Shown here one piece after another: positions 59,455 to 64,000 of a stretch of 64,000 nt of DNA; the first letter of the stretch is position 1, and each line of letters starts with the position of its first letter. The translations under genes and the position numbers were made by a program. The DNA is from Nannocystales bacterium. GTDB taxonomy: Bacteria; Myxococcota_A; Polyangia; Nannocystales; Nannocystaceae. The notes below the pieces were generated by a model. That model was given only the letters and a program-made list of their open reading frames with translations. It searched no databases and was not told the origin of the DNA. Where the stretch lies: positions 96,312-160,311 of the forward strand of contig JBOEGF010000020.1 in assembly GCA_050633305.1 (NCBI GenBank), in the 5' to 3' direction.

Positions 59455-59874
59455 GTGTCCCCGCTTCTCGCCCCCGTTGCCGCCCTCGCTGTCTGGACGC
59501 ACGTGATTCTGCTCTGGATGTACGCCACCCGCCTTCCCGCGGTACGGCGCGCGGGTATCGTGCCCGACCCGATGGCGCCACGCGGCGCCCAGATGGCCAC
59601 GCTCCCCGTACGCACGCGATGGAAGTCCGACAACTACACGCATTTGTTGGAACACCCGACGGTTTTCTACGCCGCCGCACTCGCACTCGCAGTGCAAGGC
59701 GTCGATGAGAGCTGGGTCGTTACCCTCGCCTGGGCCTACGTAGCCCTGCGGATCGTGCACGGGCTCGTGCAGACGACGGTCAACCACATCCCCACCCGTT
59801 TCGTGCTCTTCGCCTCGAGTGCGCTTTGCGGACTCGCGCTATCGGCCGCGGCCCTGCACGCCACGCTCAACTGA
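59455..59874 (+). CDS. MAPEG family membrane protein
   Basis: WMYATRLP, SDNY.HL.EHPT.FY, LAWAYVALRIVH. Confidence 0.88.
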   Translation: MSPLLAPVAALAVWTHVILLWMYATRLPAVRRAGIVPDPMAPRGAQMATLPVRTRWKSDNYTHLLEHPTVFYAAALALAVQGVDESWVVTLAWAYVALRIVHGLVQTTVNHIPTRFVLFASSALCGLALSAAALHATLN

Positions 59875-59980
59875 TCCGCAACCGCCCCAAACCATTCTGC
59901 GCATAGTTTGCTGGTAGGCAGCCCTCCGCGTCCACTCATCAGTGTTATCTACTAACATAACTTCACAGGAATTCGACCCA

Positions 59981-60235
59981 GTGCCGGAAAAACCGAGCAA
60001 CCCAAAGACGCCAGGCCAGGGTGGAGTTCCAGGCGTCGTAGGCCCCAAGACCCCCCCAGTAGGCCCCGACCATCCTGGTGGTACCAAACCGGGGGAGGGT
60101 CCAACCCCGCCGCATCCAGGCCACAGTCACGGTGGAGAGATTCGAACAACGCCAACCTCGGATGACGAGGGCGCGCGTTCATCCAAGCACAATGACCGGA
60201 CAGAGGAGGGGTCCGAGGTAGAGGAAAACTACTAG
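59981..60235 (+). CDS. small Pro/Gly-rich hypothetical protein
   Basis: AGGA RBS and GTG after an AT-rich stretch; repeated PKTP/PG..P motifs. Confidence 0.45.
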   Translation: MPEKPSNPKTPGQGGVPGVVGPKTPPVGPDHPGGTKPGEGPTPPHPGHSHGGEIRTTPTSDDEGARSSKHNDRTEEGSEVEENY

Positions 60236-60494
60236 CCTCGGCGGTTGAGTCGTTCTTCGGGTCCCTTCCGCAGGTCGCGGACTTCCAGCAGTCGGACGAG
60301 CCGTAGTCCGAATTGGACCACGCTCGGGCGAAAGGTGAGGAGCGTTCGTGAAGGAAAGAGGGCAGTTCGCTTCCTGGCATTGCTCAGCGGCTTGAGCCGC
60401 GCTATCGAGCCGGGTTCAGACCTGAAGCTTCATCCATGACCCTCCCATCTCCAAGCCATTCACCGGCCCGAGCCGAATCTGCTCCGGGACGCTC

Positions 60495-60959
60495 TCAGGT
60501 TGAACCGTTGCGCTCTTCCGAGCCTTCGCTTGACCGTGACCAGTATCGCTTTTCGCCTCCGAGGCCCTCCCTGGCGTGTTCAGCCCATGGTGGACTCGCG
60601 GGGCCGAACCTTCGTAGCGCGTCCGGGTCCGAAGTTGCCGCCTCGCGGGCTCGGCGGACGCGTTCGAGCTCGGCAAACGCGGTCTCAGCGAGGGCGTCGC
60701 GCGCTTGGGGAACACGATGGAAATGGGGCGAGATCGAGAACATGGAGACGACGAACGCCTCGATGGCCTCCTCGGTCATCAGCCCGAGCAGGCGTGCCCG
60801 GACAACGCCTTCCTCGACGCAGGCCTTGAGCCGCACGGTCGTCCAACCCGCGGTGTTCGTGTCGGGGTGTTTTCTCACCGTGACTGTGATTCGGTGGCGC
60901 ACTTCATCCCACATCCGCGCCTCGAGTTCAGCAAGTTGTCCTGGTCTCAGCTGCAACAT
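60495..60959 (-). CDS. small helical protein resembling T6SS effector-locus accessory proteins (DUF4123 C-terminal-like)
   Basis: MLQLRPGQLAEL...V..G..RA..LGL.TE..I..FV..MF.I.P.F...P; GAGG RBS, 7 bp after upstream stop. Confidence 0.6.
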   Translation of the reverse strand: MLQLRPGQLAELEARMWDEVRHRITVTVRKHPDTNTAGWTTVRLKACVEEGVVRARLLGLMTEEAIEAFVVSMFSISPHFHRVPQARDALAETAFAELERVRRAREAATSDPDALRRFGPASPPWAEHAREGLGGEKRYWSRSSEGSEERNGST

Positions 60960-60966
60960 GAAGTCC

Positions 60967-63900
60967 TCACCTATAGACGTCCTTCAGAAGGCCGACCAGC
61001 GCGTCTGAGAGTCTCTTCACGCCGTTGTCCGCCCTCGTGTACAAGGGAAATGTGGAGTCGTGGCAGAAAGCTCCCAGGCTGAGTCGAGCCCAATCCGCGA
61101 GCACGACCATGTCTTTCTTCAGCATGAGATCCCCCTTCTCGCGGGGACTGATATCGAGCATCGCGTTCATGATCTTCGGCTCGTCCCAGACGGTGTCTGT
61201 ATCGAACGCCTTAGTCTCGAAGCAGCGGCGCTTGCCGAAGAAGTTCGACCGCTCCGACGATGCCAAGGGAAACAAGCCGAGGCTTCCCGCCAGGTTGCAA
61301 TCATTCTTGGGGTCGGCATCGCTGAAGACCTCCCGGAATGAGTAGTAGCCTTCGGCGATACCGATGAGTACGAGAAGCCCCGTGACGAACACCTCGTTGT
61401 CTTTATTGGCTTCAACACCGAACATTGTTACGAGGAGAGCGGCGTAGGGCAAGGAATCGTCGTCGGGCACCGATGATGGAAGGCGTCCCGTACACAGGAG
61501 TGTAAGTAATGCGTGAGCGGCCTCCTTGTCACTACCGCGCGTACTGAAGAATGCCCCGATCTCCCGGTAACTCCAGTCCCCGGCCTCGTGATCACGCCCA
61601 ACGCCCCGCACAGGGACCGATTCAAAACGCACTCGCGGGTGCTTGTTGTTCCAGTAGGCGCCGCAACTCGCGCAGACCTTCTTGTGTTCGCAGTGCACAC
61701 ACCCATCGACCTGGACGCGGATGCTGCCGACCCAGATCGCTTTATGACGACTAAAATACTGGAAGTTGTCGTCCAACGCGAAGCTCTTGCTGATGCTCTT
61801 CGTCTGCTGCAGTCGTCCCGCGACCCGCATCCAGTCCGCGCCGCCTCGAATGACCCACTGGCCCTCGTCGTTCACGGAGACGTCGCCATTTATGGTCTTG
61901 TAGCGCTCCGCGATCGCGCTGATTCCCACCTTCACCAGCTGGTAGCCGGTGATACACCCGTTGGAGCACTTCGCTGAGGTTCGCTCGTCGCAGGTCCCAC
62001 AACAGTTTTTGATATTGGCGCATTCGGCCTTCTCTAGCGACAACGTCTTGCACGGCGCAATCGTCTTGACAGGCGCAAAGGGCCTAGTGAACGCGAAGCC
62101 CCCGCTCACGAATCCGCCCCGTTTTTCTCGTGAGGTCTCCTCCACTTCGACACACACCGGAATGTGATCGCTGAGCGTATTTGCGAGCTCGAGATAGACA
62201 TTCAGCTCGAAGAAACGTTTGCGCTGCTCCGGTTTGATGTAGACCACCGACTTGGGCGTCGCGCGCGACACCCCGTTCTTCTTCCAAACGTCGTCATCGA
62301 AGAAAGCTGTAACGGGATCTTCCTCTTGGGCCGCGTTTCGTGCGATCCCCCGGATAGCATCGATGTCTTCGTGCTCGTTGTTCATCTTGACGAGGCGTTT
62401 GTAGGCCCCGACCAGAGCCGCCGCCATTACGTCGACCTCCCCGAGAAACGGCCCGAGCACGTCGTCCTCGAGGGGGTCGTCAATCGCAGCGAAAGGCGTA
62501 GCGACCGACCCGGAATCGTCCTGTTCGACGTCGGCGGAGGGAAGTTCCAGCACTCTCGAGCCCAGCGCTTCCCAGAAGCACAACTCCTCGAACTTCATCT
62601 TCGTGTAGTCTCCCCCGGGGTCGGCGTTCCCTAGCGCTTGGGCCTTCGCTCTCTCGAGCTTCCGGCGGCGGAACGCGTTCTTCAGAACGGCGCGATTGCC
62701 CTCGACAGCAAGCGCCGCTTCCGTCTTTGCTTCCTCCACCCACTCATCCAGCCTCTTCCAGAGCTCCGAGAGACTCGGGTCAACTGGCCTCGTCTCTCTT
62801 TGTCGGGCACCGTAGATCCTGGAAAGGAGACGGTACGTGATGGGAACCTCCTCGACCTCCTCCGGGTCGACGTTCATCGGTTCGTCAGTATCGTCGTCGA
62901 GGATCTCCTCGGGGTCGCCAACGATGCCAATGCGGACCCGCGCCTCGGTGGGCATCACCGCGCCGACGAGGTTCCAAACCTGGGTCGCTGCGTCCCCCCA
63001 CCCGTCGTCCTCTGTCGCGCGCAGTAACACTTGGTCGAAGTTGGAGTACAGACACCCCGCCAAGGAGACCTCATCGTCGTAGAATTTCGCCCTCGGTTGG
63101 CGAGAGCACACCGTGTGCAGAGACATTCGCAGCGTCGTCCGGAAGTCCGGTGAGTAGGTGAGACGAGAGAACATGTCGCTGCTGGCCAGAGGTTCGAAGG
63201 CATCCTCCACAGCGAGGAGCACTTCGATCTCCCTCGGGTCGTCGAGTTGCCCACTCCGAACCTCCTCGAGCCGCTCCTGTGCTTCTTGCAGGGAGAGCTC
63301 CGCTCGGCGCATACGTGCGGTTCGGCGCGTCATCGCCTGCTTCTGTTTTGTCGAGGGCGTGAACCGAACGGGCTTGGCACCTTGTGCGGTGCGTCGACGC
63401 TTCCGCAGCGCACTCTCGGCGGCCTTCCTCATCTCCTCTTCGTACTCCCCAACCTTCTGAGTGGCGATCGCGAGCTCGGTCTTCGCTTCGGCCTCATCGA
63501 TCTCGCATCGCGTCACTGGGTCGTCTTCGTAGCGGGACCTCTCGCGCGGCTTCACGTGATTGGCGGCCTCCTCGTCGATGTTGAGGTCGGCGCACAAGAC
63601 GACATGGCGAAAAACCATCGGGGAGCCGAACTCGGTGAGCTCGGACAACGACTCGATCGCGGTGCGTGCGAGTGTGTGGTCCCTCGGAGCGACCGACGGA
63701 GCATGGAAGATCACGACACGAATCGTGTCGAAGACTCCGTACGTCTCCGGGCTCGTCAGCGGCTCGAACACCGCGAGCGCAGGCCGTCGTGTGGCCGAGG
63801 TCCCGTCGGGATCGAGGTAGCGCTTTCGATCTTCACCTCGGGTGTACGAGATTTCCCGTCCGACCAATGAAAACCGCTGCAGCTTCAGGCGGGAAGTATC

Positions 63901-64000
63901 GTAGATGACCGCGTAAGTTTCCAATCCGTTGTGTCCCCCCGGCCCCGTGTACTCACCCGCGAATCGAATCCGCCAAGGACGAGGCGACATGCGGTTGAAC
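60967..64000 (-). CDS. 3' part of a large EEP (endonuclease/exonuclease/phosphatase) domain protein with Cys-rich linker and distinct C-terminal domain; polymorphic toxin-like
   Basis: ETYAVIYD, FHAP, LCADLNID, NFDQVL, SDHIPV; frame is open to the window edge and the N-terminal EEP motifs are absent, so the gene starts upstream. Confidence 0.75.
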   Translation of the reverse strand, partial: FNRMSPRPWRIRFAGEYTGPGGHNGLETYAVIYDTSRLKLQRFSLVGREISYTRGEDRKRYLDPDGTSATRRPALAVFEPLTSPETYGVFDTIRVVIFHAPSVAPRDHTLARTAIESLSELTEFGSPMVFRHVVLCADLNIDEEAANHVKPRERSRYEDDPVTRCEIDEAEAKTELAIATQKVGEYEEEMRKAAESALRKRRRTAQGAKPVRFTPSTKQKQAMTRRTARMRRAELSLQEAQERLEEVRSGQLDDPREIEVLLAVEDAFEPLASSDMFSRLTYSPDFRTTLRMSLHTVCSRQPRAKFYDDEVSLAGCLYSNFDQVLLRATEDDGWGDAATQVWNLVGAVMPTEARVRIGIVGDPEEILDDDTDEPMNVDPEEVEEVPITYRLLSRIYGARQRETRPVDPSLSELWKRLDEWVEEAKTEAALAVEGNRAVLKNAFRRRKLERAKAQALGNADPGGDYTKMKFEELCFWEALGSRVLELPSADVEQDDSGSVATPFAAIDDPLEDDVLGPFLGEVDVMAAALVGAYKRLVKMNNEHEDIDAIRGIARNAAQEEDPVTAFFDDDVWKKNGVSRATPKSVVYIKPEQRKRFFELNVYLELANTLSDHIPVCVEVEETSREKRGGFVSGGFAFTRPFAPVKTIAPCKTLSLEKAECANIKNCCGTCDERTSAKCSNGCITGYQLVKVGISAIAERYKTINGDVSVNDEGQWVIRGGADWMRVAGRLQQTKSISKSFALDDNFQYFSRHKAIWVGSIRVQVDGCVHCEHKKVCASCGAYWNNKHPRVRFESVPVRGVGRDHEAGDWSYREIGAFFSTRGSDKEAAHALLTLLCTGRLPSSVPDDDSLPYAALLVTMFGVEANKDNEVFVTGLLVLIGIAEGYYSFREVFSDADPKNDCNLAGSLGLFPLASSERSNFFGKRRCFETKAFDTDTVWDEPKIMNAMLDISPREKGDLMLKKDMVVLADWARLSLGAFCHDSTFPLYTRADNGVKRLSDALVGLLKDVYR

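Overview
High-GC window from a myxobacterium, probably Nannocystaceae-like (Plesiocystis/Enhygromyxa/Nannocystis type). The assignment is inferred from myxococcal Cys-rich repeat lipoproteins, membrane Ser/Thr kinase-TPR proteins and a kinase-linked ECF sigma factor. It is an accessory, heavily rearranged region with about 50 intact CDS (many secreted proteins or lipoproteins) and many gene fragments; no rRNA, tRNA or CRISPR array was seen. Main observations: (1) five relics of one IS91/ISCR-like rolling-circle element (tnp 3' end and/or ori-proximal end only) lie between secreted-protein genes and gene fragments; four are co-oriented within 7-13.7 kb and one is inverted at 32.6 kb, and two sit directly upstream of sigma54-type promoters; (2) an HUH/Y1 (RAYT-like) transposase bounded by imperfect inverted repeats that fill the gap between two convergent genes; (3) an rtcB2-prfH ribosome-repair operon with a sigma54 promoter, divergent from an RtcR-like CARF/AAA+ activator; (4) a translationally coupled, signal-peptide-less effector-like operon (LysM, NAGPA-like, split OmpA, split C39 peptidase); (5) an uncharacterised two-gene PLP enzyme pair; (6) the 3' part of a large EEP-nuclease/polymorphic-toxin-like gene at the right edge. 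All family calls come from motif recognition by eye; no database searches were run.
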